Shown: positions 11,921 to 23,371 of the stretch, piece by piece
How positions within the stretch are numbered: position 1 is the first letter of the stretch
Layout of the letters: the number at the start of each line of letters is the position of its first letter
Source: Octopus sinensis
Taxonomy: Eukaryota
Assembly (NCBI RefSeq): GCF_006345805.1
Contig: NC_042999.1
Span: forward strand, 94,798,001-94,862,000
Direction: 5' to 3'
DNA: 64,000 bases
Program-made: the position numbers and the translations under genes
The notes under the pieces: generated by a model
Database searches by the model: none
What the model was told of the DNA's origin: nothing
What the model saw: only the letters and a program-made list of their open reading frames with translations

Positions 11921-13795
11921 CTATAATTTTTTTTTTCACAACTAATTAATCTAGTCGTTTATTTCTACCGAAGCTTCTTATACTAATACAATAAATTAGC
12001 AAAGTCATTTCGGTAGCGAAAATTTCCTTATATCGCAATATTTGAATCATAGGGCTATGAAATTCTAAATAGAGTAAACGAAAAGGATTGCATTGTGTCA
12101 AACTGTTAACAATGAATACTTCATTTGATATTCTATGAGCCAGCAATATCTTGAGAGTTGGACATTGACTTTGGAAATACTGTGAGATAGAAGTGCAGGG
12201 CGGTAATATTCCTGTGTCGCATTTTTCATTCCAGTCTTGTGTGAAGAAGTTAAAAACTGAGCAAAAATACGTATTTCATAGCACTTCTATGATGAGTAAT
12301 TCAAGAATGCATTTAATCTAGCACTGCATTCTAATAAGTTTGTAATGCTATTAGATACGAGTGTCGACATTGCGACCCGTCGTACACACGTACATCCCGG
12401 TGGAATGAGACAGTTATAACTAAGTGCGTTGAACAGCGTCACTTCACCATTGGCTTCTTGCACCAAGGATAGAAAAGAAATTGTCAGTCCCACCATATTT
12501 TACTTGCTTAATTACTACCTAAATACAAAAAACACAATTGATAGCTCAGTAATTTATCAAAGTCAGAGAATCTGCAACGAGTCCATCTGTACTCTAACAA
12601 ATGTTATCAGGTCGATAATATTCATGAAGGAATCTATTCCATAGTAATTCAGTTAATCGTGTAAATTTTGATTAACTCTTGTCTGTATCTATGGCAACGG
12701 TATTAATCCACATACTGCAGCTCTTTCACTCCCCTCCAATGAATTTATTTAATAAATTAATTCACACTTGCCTTTGAGTGTTCAATTTAGCAGACATAAA
12801 TTAACGATTAAAGAATGATCTTATGTCTTCAATTTGTTAATTAAATGTTTGCTCTCATCTTGAGCATTCACAAATTCCCACTCGGAAGCTGTCTGCTTCT
12901 ATGGTCATATTTAAACAAACGCATTGTTGAACGAAGCCTTTTTGCGCATGAACTTCTAACATCATTGCATTGTTTTTTGTTTTTGTTTTTGTTTTTTGTT
13001 TACTTCTTTCCTTTTACTTTTAATACAACTTAGTATTTTCTATGTTGCGGCAATTAAAAGTCAGATGTCTTTTGTTTGATTTTTTTCTGATTGAATTTCT
13101 TTGTTCTTCCTTGACGCAAGTTAAATTCAATTTTTCATATTACTTTTACTTTTCATTATAATAAATCAAGCATTTTGCGAAAACAACGGCTGTTCTTGTT
13201 TCAAAAAGTAAACAGGATAATCAATAAACTCACAAATTTTGTCGATCAGAAAAAGCATTGAAAAAGACGAAAAAAAAAAAAGACTCAGGGCGGAAAGTAT
13301 TTAATGTCTATCAAAATAGTTTCAAGGATTTATTTTACTTTACGCATTTTTTCAATTTATTTATTTCATTTTCATTCATTTATTATTAGTGTTTATATTT
13401 GCGTTCAAAATTTTATATTTTGCCTTCGACTTTGTAAAATACTCCGTTTATCCTTATGCTTTTTATAAGAAATTTAATATAATCTGTGATTCTTTCTTTA
13501 CATCAGGAATTTTGTCATCGTTTTACAAAACTCAAGTATTTTGTTTTCAGAAACATTTTATAAAACCTTTACTCTGCCGCCTTCATTTGTCAAAGAAGAA
13601 TAAATGATTTTCCTGTGGGAGGTGATTACAATAAGATAGAAGGATGCACGACGTTTTTAATTAGAAAGTTTAGGCATCCACAACAGTAAATCGTCAAGCA
13701 ATCGATGTGCCTGGAGCCAATAGGTTGATGTTACGTGTACAGTAAGTACACACACACATACATACACATATATACACATACACATACAAACACAC

Positions 13796-13835
<40 letters not shown>

Positions 13836-14604
13836 CACACATATATACGTTTGTATGTATGTATATATACTCGTTTGTGGAAATAAAGAGGATGTTTTGA
13901 TGTGATTGTATTATGTTATTAGCGCTCATAATTTAGGTTTATCGTGCTTTCTGTTGTTCCAATTGTCTTTTTTTTATTCGGTATTCTCATTGTGCAACAT
14001 AGCACTGTTTTGGGTTTGCTTCGTTGCGGTGTTTGCTGTATGCAGACCCTATCATTGCTACATTTGGCATTTTGTTATTTATTTGTTTGCGTCCTTTTTC
14101 AATATTTTAAAGGCACCTATTATTATAAATTATGTTTGTTTTTTATTCCCCATATCCTGTTTAACTCTATTCTCAATCCTGCTTGCTCATAGTTTCTGTA
14201 TTTATTTCTAAGATATACGACTATTTGTGGTGGTTTATATGTCGATCTCAAACCACTTTCAACGTTCAAGACAATAGTCCTTCGATTTCCATAAGCAAAC
14301 TGTGTTACGATGTTATTTTTATCACACTCTAAAAGCAACCCTTTAAATATGTAAATTGGTATATCCAATAACGTTACATACCCACCTATATGTAGTGGCT
14401 ATTTAAGCAAGGAGTTCTTGGATAATTAATGGGTTGATGAGTGCTGATGAAGGAACTAAAACTCACGAAATATGACTCATTACTTATTTTTTCTTCCTCA
14501 TTATTTGCTTACATCTGGTGTGTCGGATATAAAACGTCGTAACAAAATCAGAGCTGTCTGAAATTTCTATGGAAAATCTGTAGAGATATTTATCATCTCT
14601 TTCG

Positions 14605-14632
14605 TGTGTGTGTGTTTGTGTGTGTGTGAGTG

Positions 14633-14674
<42 letters not shown>

Positions 14675-14885
14675 TTATACTGTCTTTTTGCTGCTGATAT
14701 TTCACAATGCCATCACACTCTGCACTGTACAAAAGCTCCAAATCTGACTTGCTTGTGTGCGTCTTTGTATGTACGTATGTATATATGTGTGTGTGTGTGT
14801 GTGCGTGTGTGTATGCGTATGTGTGTATGCATGTGTGTGTGCATATGTGTGTGCATGCATGCATGTATGTATGCATGCGTGTGTA
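14605..14885. repeat. (GT)n / (GTAT)n microsatellite cluster
   Basis: Direct inspection; source of the T/H- and C/V-rich ORFs at 14484-15004. Confidence 0.9.
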
Positions 14886-16324
14886 ACGCTGTATGTAGGT
14901 ACGTACATATGCTTGTTTCCGTTTCTGTCATTCAAAAATGTAATAGAATAAGCAAACACAACTAGTAATGATATCAGAACCAGGAGCACATGACTGTATA
15001 GCAATGTTCTTAACCACTCTGCGATGTCTGCTCTGTACTGTGACTTTTATCTATCATCAGCTTCATTATATGCTTTCGGTTGTCTCTGGTTATCCTGTGA
15101 CTCATTTTAAAAAGCCTCCAATAGCCCGAGTTTTTCGTCCTCGTAAATTTCTTTTTGTTACGTATCGGCAATCATCTTACCACGATTTTCTCTAGTCCCA
15201 CAAATAGCTTTCTTTTTTTTCTATTTTACAGTTTGTGTAGGTATTTTCTTCACATGTATCGGTTACATAAGCTTTTGTTGTTTATTGCTGGCGTTTTGAT
15301 GACAGAAAATATCTGTTGTTTTCCACGCATTATTACTTTTAGAATTACATTGCCGTTATATGGATAATTTTTTAACCTACAGTAGATATTTTAATTTCTC
15401 TGGTTATAGGAAGCACCTATTTCCTATTTTGTCCAACTTTGTACTGCATTATATTTTTAGATTTCTAATGCATTATCTTAATGAGATCATTTTGTTTTCG
15501 TTTTCTTGTTTCTTCTAGTTTTGTTTTACGTCTAACCACCGAAAGTGTTAACATATTACCTTATTTTATATACTTAATTTCTGTTTTATTATTTTTTAAT
15601 ATGTCCCCATAGCCTTTTCCTTGATATATATTTTACAGTGTGTGTGATTTATTAATTCGTAAGTGTTTGTAAGTCAGTGTTTTGTCCACATTTTTTATCT
15701 CTATTGAATATTAGACTGTATTAATTTCACCCTTTTCAAAGTTATCTTAGTGCAGTTTTCTGAGCAGAATTTCATAGCACTTCTTCATGTAAACATATGT
15801 AAAAACCAAATGAATCTATTTCTATTTATTTGGTATTTGCAGAGTAAAAGTTAAGGCTATCCAAATAAAGTAGTTGATTGCTGAACTCAGAAGCTATGTC
15901 TGTCCAACTCCAGTCTAGTTTAAGAAGGTAGTTATATCAAACAATAAGAAATGAGGAAAGGAAGTCATCGACGAATAGTCTTCTGATAATAGGGATGCGA
16001 TTCAATTTTATAGTTACAGTTTAACATAGCATCAGCTGAATTGTTTATCATTTATTCATGGCATGCTTGATATGCTTGCGTCTTACCACAATTTCATGGC
16101 GGTATCGAAGAATTTGGACTCTGAAAGTAATTGGAGAATTAAATGACAAAATGCGATCGGAGACTTTTGCTGCCTTATATTATTTGCGTCTCCAACCACT
16201 CTGAAAATTTGCTCTATTTAAGTCGGCCAAATTTCCCATTTACTTTGCTTGAAATCAGACTACCAGTACTGAATACATAAACACATTCATAAATGCATAC
16301 ATAGGGACAATGATAGGGATAAAG

Positions 16325-16735
16325 AAATTAGACATACTAAATATATTAAATATATTAAATATAATAGTTTCGGCATGAAATATAGAATATGCATATATGC
16401 AAAACGAGAGAAAACAAAAGCTGGAGACTTTTAGATGCTGATTTTTTAATTATAAATATATAGATATTTATATTAATAGCTCCAAATTACTCAGAGTACA
16501 AACGAAAATTAAAGGGGAGAAAGACAGACGTTATAAATCCAATAGCTGATTCTGGGGGCTCGGAGATTCATAATAATATTGGTAAATGTAGTTCATCACA
16601 ATATCCAGGCGTATGGATGCAATTAACATTAGATAAGACGACACACCGTAGTCTAAGTTTGAATCTTTTAAGCACTACCTAATGTTGTCTATATGAAGAA
16701 TCTTTGGATATCAGACGTGGATTATATACACACAT
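16325..16735. repeat. Unclassified dispersed repeat, homologous to 58280-59030
   Basis: Exact shared 20-mer ATATATGCAAAACGAGAGAA (16393 and 58331) and 16-mer AGTCTAAGTTTGAATC (16650 and 58944), plus collinear CGTATGGATG..TTAACAT. Confidence 0.6.
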
Positions 16736-16780
16736 ATATAAATACATGCATGGATATATATATATATATATATATATATA

Positions 16781-19745
16781 CCGGAGTAAACACATAAATG
16801 TGAAACAAGGTGGAAAAAAGAGTACTCAAATACCAGTGGTAGAGTAATATGCTTTATTTTAAGCAGCAGAAAATTCAACAAAATCTGTTACTCTGAGTTT
16901 CTCGTTGCCGTTCATCAGACAGTTTTTGCTAGAATGGAACATATATATTAATTCAATCTATACTCTTACAAACGCTACACCTTTAAAAAGAAATGGACTT
17001 GTTTGATTGGCCCTTTAGAAAAAAACGGTCAATCTTCGAGCGATAAACAAAAAGGTCAAAAATATATGTATATATATATAAAAAAAACTTATAAAAATTA
17101 TAAAAATTATAAAATCCGAGGAAAAAACCGAGGAAAAAACCTATTGCCGTTAATGAAGACAGTACAAATTAATGCATAGAAATTAAACCTGTTATAAATA
17201 CTGCAATACATATTTATATTAAAATCCACATATATATATCAACATACACAAAATGATGCGCGTAAACGCCATACATACATATACAGACGTATGAATATGA
17301 ATCTAAATTATACACATAAAAGCATGTGTACATATATTCACGCAAACCGTCTCGCGCACGCAAGCTAAAATTCATCTATGTAGCAATTCTCATATACTGA
17401 GCAAGGAGGGGGAACGAAAGAAAGGGAAAGAGAGAAAAAGGAACGAAAGAGGGGGGGAACTTGTAGCGATGTTATTGGCATCTATAGAGGCCAGTATACA
17501 TACACAAGTTTGAATTGATACATATACATACCGTCGTGTGTATGCGTGCTTAAGCACAAGCATACTTTCACTTACACATACACAGATACGCATGCTTACA
17601 AATACATATGCTTTGCTATACACAAACTTATATAAACATTCTAAATTTGACAACATTGCTTTTTTTAAAAAAACATTGCTTTTAAAAAAATGGGTGCATT
17701 AATAAAAATATATACGAAAGACATATAAAATAAAATATAACATCCTATTTTGGGTCATTTATAAATAATCAAGGTAATATAAATAATCAAGGTAATCCTA
17801 TGCAATACAATAACATGAAAACAGAGTTGTAGGTTTTCCTAATATATATGTAGAAACAATAAGACTTTGCTATAGATCCGTCGTAGCGCTTAAGAGTCAA
17901 AATCAAAATCAAAAATCAAAATACAAAATATATACTCTATCCATATGGTATATTTATATTCGACATTTTAAATTTAGCCGCGTGCCTACATAAGTTCATT
18001 AACTCACTTCTTTGATTCAAAGAATTATTGTCTTTGAATAATATGTGCATTTTTTCTAATAAGCAAAGCTTGCACTTGAAATTATATTTGTAAGCTCCCT
18101 GCCTGTATGGTGCCGCCCTGTCCAGAATGCTCCATGTCACGTTGAAAGGTGGCTTCCTTTTCTTTTAGTTCCCAGACATATTTTGCTAGGCTGGTTTTCT
18201 TCCTATTCTCTGGGTATTTAAAAGAATTCTTATGAGAATAAAATCTTGTTTTAAATGAATTTCTGAAGCCCTGTGTATGTCTTGTATTCCGATGATCCTT
18301 CCACTTGCACCTTGGCTCTATAAACCACTCCTTTCACTAGACATTTCCCTTCTAACGGACAGGAGCTTTCGTTTTTGAAATTACATTTTTTAATGGGCTC
18401 GGCACCATGTCTAATCTCAATTAGCTTCCTATTATGTTGGCTAATGTAAGAGGCGAAATTTCTGCAACAAGAATAGCTAACCTTCAGGGTTCTTCTATTA
18501 AATATTCTGTAGAATTTATGACCCTGCTTAAAATGCTTAGAGACTAATCTCAAAAAGTCCTTACCTATATTAGTCTTTACGGCCAAATTGAAAGCCGGGT
18601 TGAACCACAAAACTTTCCTGGTCCTAGTTCTTCGTGCAGCATTATTATTAGCATTAAGCTGGTTGAACTGGATCTTCTCCGAGAATCCACTATTCTTTAA
18701 TGCGCTATCGTAATAAGGTGCAGCATTATGGAATGCTGCCTCGTCCGAAGAAATTGAAGATATTCTTCTACCTACATTGCTGACTAAGTTGCTAAGGATA
18801 ACTGGTGGATGGTTCGAATCTTTGCTAATATACGATAGCTTTTCATTGGGCTTACGGAAAGGTTTAAATCTATCCGATCTTACATTAAAATTTACGTCTA
18901 AAAAATCTACACTATTCAGTAGTATCTATCGTAATCCGTAAGCCCATCCTTTGAAAGAAAGCTATAAGGTCCTTCCTAAGTCTATCTGATTCATGGCCGT
19001 TTAGATTATGCGTGGCTATAAGGCCGTCATCCCTATATAGACCTGCATCTATAAATGGGAATTCTATTTTTAGATTATGGAGAATAAAGGCTCCTATGAG
19101 CATACATAATTCAGCCCCGTCGTATGCCCCCATCGGTACATCGAAAAGAGAATCCTCAGTCTTCTTAATCCAGGTGGAATCCTCGAAAAACAGAAGCGAT
19201 TTCCTCGCATGCATAATAATTTCAATTTCCGAGCTATCGATGTTGACATACTGCTTGGCGAAGTCCAATGCCCTTAGGAGCAACGTCCTAGATATCGACG
19301 GGTAAAAGTCATAATGTCGAATTGTGTGAAACTACAATTATTCTTATAGCTAATACCTTTAAACCACTATAACTGACTTACTATTCTTCCAAATTCTCAA
19401 GTCTACTTCACTATCTAACTTAACTAAAATACTGTCCAAAATATTTTGCTAATAATTCCTATCTCAGTTTTAGCCGGATTTATCAATCTACATTTAGGGT
19501 TTCTACTAAAATTGTCTTTATGGTCTTTCAGAGTAATAAAAGCTGGTCGTGGTGAAAGGTATTCAATCCTATCGCTAATCTTAAGATCGTTAGCTATTCC
19601 TCTTGCTTCTAAGTTCACCTCTTTGTATATATTCGTGTTGTCTTTTTTGTATGTGTCCGTGACACTATTCGAAATCAGGCGTTTATAAACGTCCTTATCA
19701 AGTGCATATAAGTTCCTTGTCTTGTCAGAATTAACGAAGATCTTA
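16781..19745 (-). mobile_element. Antisense, 5'-truncated PLE copy (left arm)
   Basis: ORF fragments 19424..19618, 18912..19283, 18251..18610 and 17937..18140 are nearly identical to the sense ORFs; several 1-2 nt deletions. Confidence 0.95.
16879..16928 (-). ncRNA. Minimal type I hammerhead ribozyme (left-arm copy)
   Basis: Reverse complement identical to 19910-19959. Confidence 0.8.
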
Positions 19746-20057
19746 AGTTTTTTTTTTTATATATATATACATATATTTTTGACCTTTTTGTTTATCGCTC
19801 GAAGATTGACCGTTTTTTTCTAAAGGGCCAATCAAACAAGTCCATTTCTTTTTAAAGGTGTAGCGTTTGTAAGAGTATAGATTGAATTAATATATATGTT
19901 CCATTCTAGCAAAAACTGTCTGATGAACGGCAACGAGAAACTCAGAGTAACAGATTTTGTTGAATTTTCTGCTGCTTAAAATAAAGCATATTACTCTACC
20001 ACTGGTATTTGAGTACTCTTTTTTCCACCTTGTTTCACATTTATGTGTTTACTCCGG
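19744..20057 (+). repeat. PLE pseudo-LTR (3' terminus of an upstream tandem copy)
   Basis: Direct repeat of 23100-23339 and reverse complement of ~16781-17090; contains a hammerhead and the first ATG (20043). Confidence 0.9.
19910..19959 (+). ncRNA. Minimal type I hammerhead ribozyme (upstream pseudo-LTR)
   Basis: CAAAAACUGU CUGAUGA A-CG-GCAA-CG-A GAAA CUC-A-GAG UA ACAGAUUUUG. Stem I 9 of 10 bp, short stem II with a GCAA loop, stem III ACUC/GAGU closed by 1 nt, GUA triplet (cleavage predicted after 19949). Confidence 0.8.
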
Positions 20058-21290
20058 TCTAACCCGCTCCTTGTAAAAGTTGAGCGACTCTGCACAAGTA
20101 GGAAGAACAAACAGCTGAAAAAGATGGAACTTTACCCGCTGGATTTTTCTCAGAAAAATATACCTATCCCTGCACGGAAACAATATATCAAAGGTCTTAT
20201 AGAGAAAACGGAAGAGTTTATTAGAAGACGATGGAAAGCCTTCTTCTTTGATAATAAACAGAAAATAGAAGGTAACAAATATGGATTTAAATCTCCCAGA
20301 AACCCACCACCGATTCCGGAATTAGAAGCCTTCGAGAAAGACCTTTTCGAGATTATTAGGAAAATTAAATTCCGCAAATTTACCAACCAATTGCAAAAAA
20401 ACATGAGAGAAAAAATTAAGGAGATTAACGACTCGAATAAGATCTTCGTTAATTCTGACAAGACAAGGAACTTATATGCACTTGATAAGGACGTTTATAA
20501 ACGCCTGATTTCGAATAGTGTCACGGACACATACAAAAAAGACAACACGAATATATACAAAGAGGTGAACTTAGAAGCAAGAGGAATAGCTAACGATCTT
20601 AAGATTAGCAATAGGATTGAATACCTTTCACCACGACCAGCTTTTATTACTCTGAAAGACCATAAAGACAATTTTAGTAGAAACCCTAAATGTAGATTGA
20701 TAAATCCGGCTAAAACTGAGATAGGAATTATTAGCAAAAATATTTTGGACAGTATTTTAGTTAAGTTAGATAGTGAAGTAGACTTGAGAATTTGGAAGAA
20801 TAGTAAGTCAGTTATAGAGTGGTTTAAAGGTATTAGCTATAAGAATAATTGTAGTTTCACACAATTCGACATTATTGACTTTTACCCGTCGATATCTAGG
20901 ACGTTGCTCCTAAGGGCATTGGACTTCGCCAAGCAGTATGTCAACATCGATAGCTCGGAAATTGAAATTATTATGCATGCGAGGAAATCGCTTCTGTTTT
21001 TCGAGGATTCCACCTGGATTAAGAAGACTGAGGATTCTCTTTTCGATGTACCGATGGGGGCATACGACGGGGCTGAATTATGTATGCTCATAGGAGCCTT
21101 TATTCTCCATAATCTAAAAATAGAATTCCCATTTATAGATGCAGGTCTATATAGGGATGACGGCCTTATAGCCACGCATAATCTAAACGGCCATGAATCA
21201 GATAGACTTAGGAAGGACCTTATAGCTTTCTTTCAAAGGATGGGCTTACGGATTACGATAGATACTAACCTGAATAGTGTAGATTTTTAG
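20043..21290 (+). CDS. Penelope-like reverse transcriptase (N-terminal part; ends at a probable frameshift)
   Basis: KNIPIP..RWKAFFF N-terminus, SDKTRNLY, KDHKDNF, RLINPAK, FDIIDFYPSI, GVP-like DVPMGAYDGAE, catalytic YRDD. Confidence 0.92.
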   Translation: MCLLRSNPLLVKVERLCTSRKNKQLKKMELYPLDFSQKNIPIPARKQYIKGLIEKTEEFIRRRWKAFFFDNKQKIEGNKYGFKSPRNPPPIPELEAFEKDLFEIIRKIKFRKFTNQLQKNMREKIKEINDSNKIFVNSDKTRNLYALDKDVYKRLISNSVTDTYKKDNTNIYKEVNLEARGIANDLKISNRIEYLSPRPAFITLKDHKDNFSRNPKCRLINPAKTEIGIISKNILDSILVKLDSEVDLRIWKNSKSVIEWFKGISYKNNCSFTQFDIIDFYPSISRTLLLRALDFAKQYVNIDSSEIEIIMHARKSLLFFEDSTWIKKTEDSLFDVPMGAYDGAELCMLIGAFILHNLKIEFPFIDAGLYRDDGLIATHNLNGHESDRLRKDLIAFFQRMGLRITIDTNLNSVDF

Positions 21291-21576
21291 ACGTAAATTT
21301 TAATGTAAGATCGGATAGATTTAAACCTTCCGTAAGCCCAATGAAAAGCTATCGTATATTAGCAAAGATTCGAACCATCCACCAGTTATCCTTAGCAACT
21401 TAGTCAGCAATGTAGGTAGAAGAATATCTTCAATTTCTTCGGACGAGGCAGCATTCCATAATGCTGCACCTTATTACGATAGCGCATTAAAGAATAGTGG
21501 ATTCTCGGAGAAGATCCAGTTCAACCAGCTTAATGCTAATAATAATGCTGCACGAAGAACTAGGACCAGGAAAGTT

Positions 21577-22254
21577 TTGTGGTTCAACCCAGCTTTCAAT
21601 TTGGCCGTAAAGACTAATATAGGTAAGGAATTTTTGAGATTAGTCTCTAAGCATTTTAAGCAGGGTCATAAATTCTACAGAATATTTAATAGAAGAACCC
21701 TGAAGGTTAGCTATTCTTGTTGCAGAAATTTCGCCTCTTACATTAGCCAACATAATAGGAAGCTAATTGAGATTAGACATGGTGCCGAGCCCATTAAAAA
21801 ATGTAATTGCAAAAACGAAAGCTCCTGTCCGTTAGAAGGGAAATGTCTAGTGAAAGGAGTGGTTTATAGAGCCAAGGTGCAAGTGGAAGGATCATCGGAA
21901 TACAAGACATACACAGGGGCTTCAGAAAATTCATTTAAAACAAGATTTTATTCTCATAAGAATTCTTTTAAATACCCAGAGAATAGGAAGAAAACCAGCC
22001 TAGCAAAATATGTCTGGGAACTAAAAGAAAAGGAAGCCCCACCTTTCAACGTGACATGGAGCATTCTGGACAGGGCGGCACCATACAGGCATGGAGCTTA
22101 CAAATATAATTTCAAGTGCAAGCTTTGCTTATTAGAAAAAATGCACATATTATTCAAAGACAATAATTCTTTGAATCAAAGAAGTGAGTTAATGAACTTA
22201 TGTAGGCACGCGGCTAAATTTAAAATGTCGAATATAAATATACCATATGGATAG
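21577..22254 (+). CDS. PLE GIY-YIG endonuclease (C-terminal part of the same polyprotein)
   Basis: WFNP linker, CNC-x5-CPLEGKC, GVVYRAKV...KTYTGASE..FKTRFYSH, CKLCLLEK, LNQRSE..CRH. Confidence 0.92.
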   Translation: MWFNPAFNLAVKTNIGKEFLRLVSKHFKQGHKFYRIFNRRTLKVSYSCCRNFASYISQHNRKLIEIRHGAEPIKKCNCKNESSCPLEGKCLVKGVVYRAKVQVEGSSEYKTYTGASENSFKTRFYSHKNSFKYPENRKKTSLAKYVWELKEKEAPPFNVTWSILDRAAPYRHGAYKYNFKCKLCLLEKMHILFKDNNSLNQRSELMNLCRHAAKFKMSNINIPYG

Positions 22255-23099
22255 AGTATATATTTTGTATTTTGATTTTTGATTTTGATTTTGACTCTTA
22301 AGCGCTACGACGGATCTATAGCAAAGTCTTATTGTTTCTACATATATATTAGGAAAAACCTACAAACTCTGTTTTCATGTTATTGTATTGCATAGGATTA
22401 CCTTGATTATTTATATTACCTTGATTATTTATAAATGACCCAAAATAGGATGTTATATTTTATTTTATATGTCTCTCGTATATATTTTTATTAATGCACC
22501 CATTTTTTAAAAGCAATGTTTTTTTAAAAAAAGCAATGTTGTCAAATTTAGAATGTTTATATAAGTTTGTGTATAGCAAAGCATATGTATTTGTAAGCAT
22601 GCGTATCTGTGTATGTGTAAGTGAAAGTATGCTTGTGCTTAAGCACGCATACACACGACGGTATGTATATGTATCAATTCAAACTTGTGTATGTATACTG
22701 GCCTCTATAGATGCCAATAACATCGCTACAAGTTCCCCCCCCCTCTTTCGTTCCTTTTTCTCTCTTTCCCTTTCTTTCGTTCCCCCTCCTTGCTCAGTAT
22801 ATGAGAATTGCTACATAGATGAATTTTAGCTTGCGTGCGAGACGGTTTGCGTGAATATATGTACACATGCTTTTATGTGTATAATTTAGATTCATATTCA
22901 TACGTCTGTATATGTATGTATGGCGTTTACGCGCATCATTTTGTGTATGTTGATATATATATGTGGATTTTAATATAATATGTATTGCAGTATTTATAAC
23001 AGGTTTAATTTCTATGCATTAATTTGTACTGTCTTCATTAACGGCAATAGGTTTTTTCCTCGGTTTTTTCCTCGGATTTTATAATTTTTATAATTTTTA

Positions 23100-23339
23100 T
23101 AAGTTTTTTTTATATATATATACATATATTTTTGACCTTTTTGTTTATCGCTCGAAGATTGACCGTTTTTTTCTAAAGGGCCAATCAAACAAGTCCATTT
23201 CTTTTTAAAGGTGTAGCGTTTGTAAGAGTATAGATTGAATTAATATATATGTTCCATTCTAGCAAAAACTGTCTGATGAACGGCAACGAGAAACTCAGAG
23301 TAACAGATTTTGTTGAATTTTCTGCTGCTTAAAATAAAG
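23100..23339 (+). repeat. Downstream PLE pseudo-LTR copy, ending ~71 nt earlier than the other two copies
   Basis: Matches 19744-19986 and stops at AAAATAAAG, followed by (TA)n. Confidence 0.9.
23263..23312 (+). ncRNA. Minimal type I hammerhead ribozyme (downstream pseudo-LTR)
   Basis: Identical to 19910-19959; cleavage predicted after 23302. Confidence 0.8.

Positions 23340-23371
<32 letters not shown>

Larger units (their letters stand above)
16781..23339. mobile_element. Penelope-like retroelement locus: inverted 5'-truncated copy + pseudo-LTR + near-full-length copy, inserted in (TA)n
   Basis: 16852-19745 is the reverse complement of 20438-23339. 19744-19986 is directly repeated at 23100-23339. 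RT and GIY-YIG ORFs and terminal hammerheads are present, and (TA)n flanks both ends. Confidence 0.95.

Noticed and set aside
11946-12800. 109-codon open minus frame (12275-11946) and neighbouring protein-like fragments
   Set aside because: No recognisable motif; a few frames this long are expected by chance in 64 kb.
14436-14477. CTGATGA...GAAA with ATGAGT/ACTCAT flanks
   Set aside because: Stem II does not pair and the cleavage position would be G; at best a dead hammerhead.
19012-21175. Duplicated ORFs MAIRPSS... (19012..19305, 20882..21175) and MLIIPIS... (19446..19688, 20495..20737)
   Set aside because: Antisense shadows of the PLE RT, duplicated because of the inverted repeat.
20043-22254. 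Possible selenoprotein-type (Naiad-like) PLE, suggested by the KNIPIP N-terminus and the Cys-rich linker
   Set aside because: The reconstructed frame has no in-frame TGA, the conserved Cys codons are TGT/TGC, and I see no SECIS. Clade assignment needs a tree.
19744-23339. LTR retrotransposon interpretation of the direct repeats
   Set aside because: No gag, protease or integrase, no TG..CA ends, PBS or PPT; the GIY-YIG domain and hammerheads indicate PLE pseudo-LTRs.
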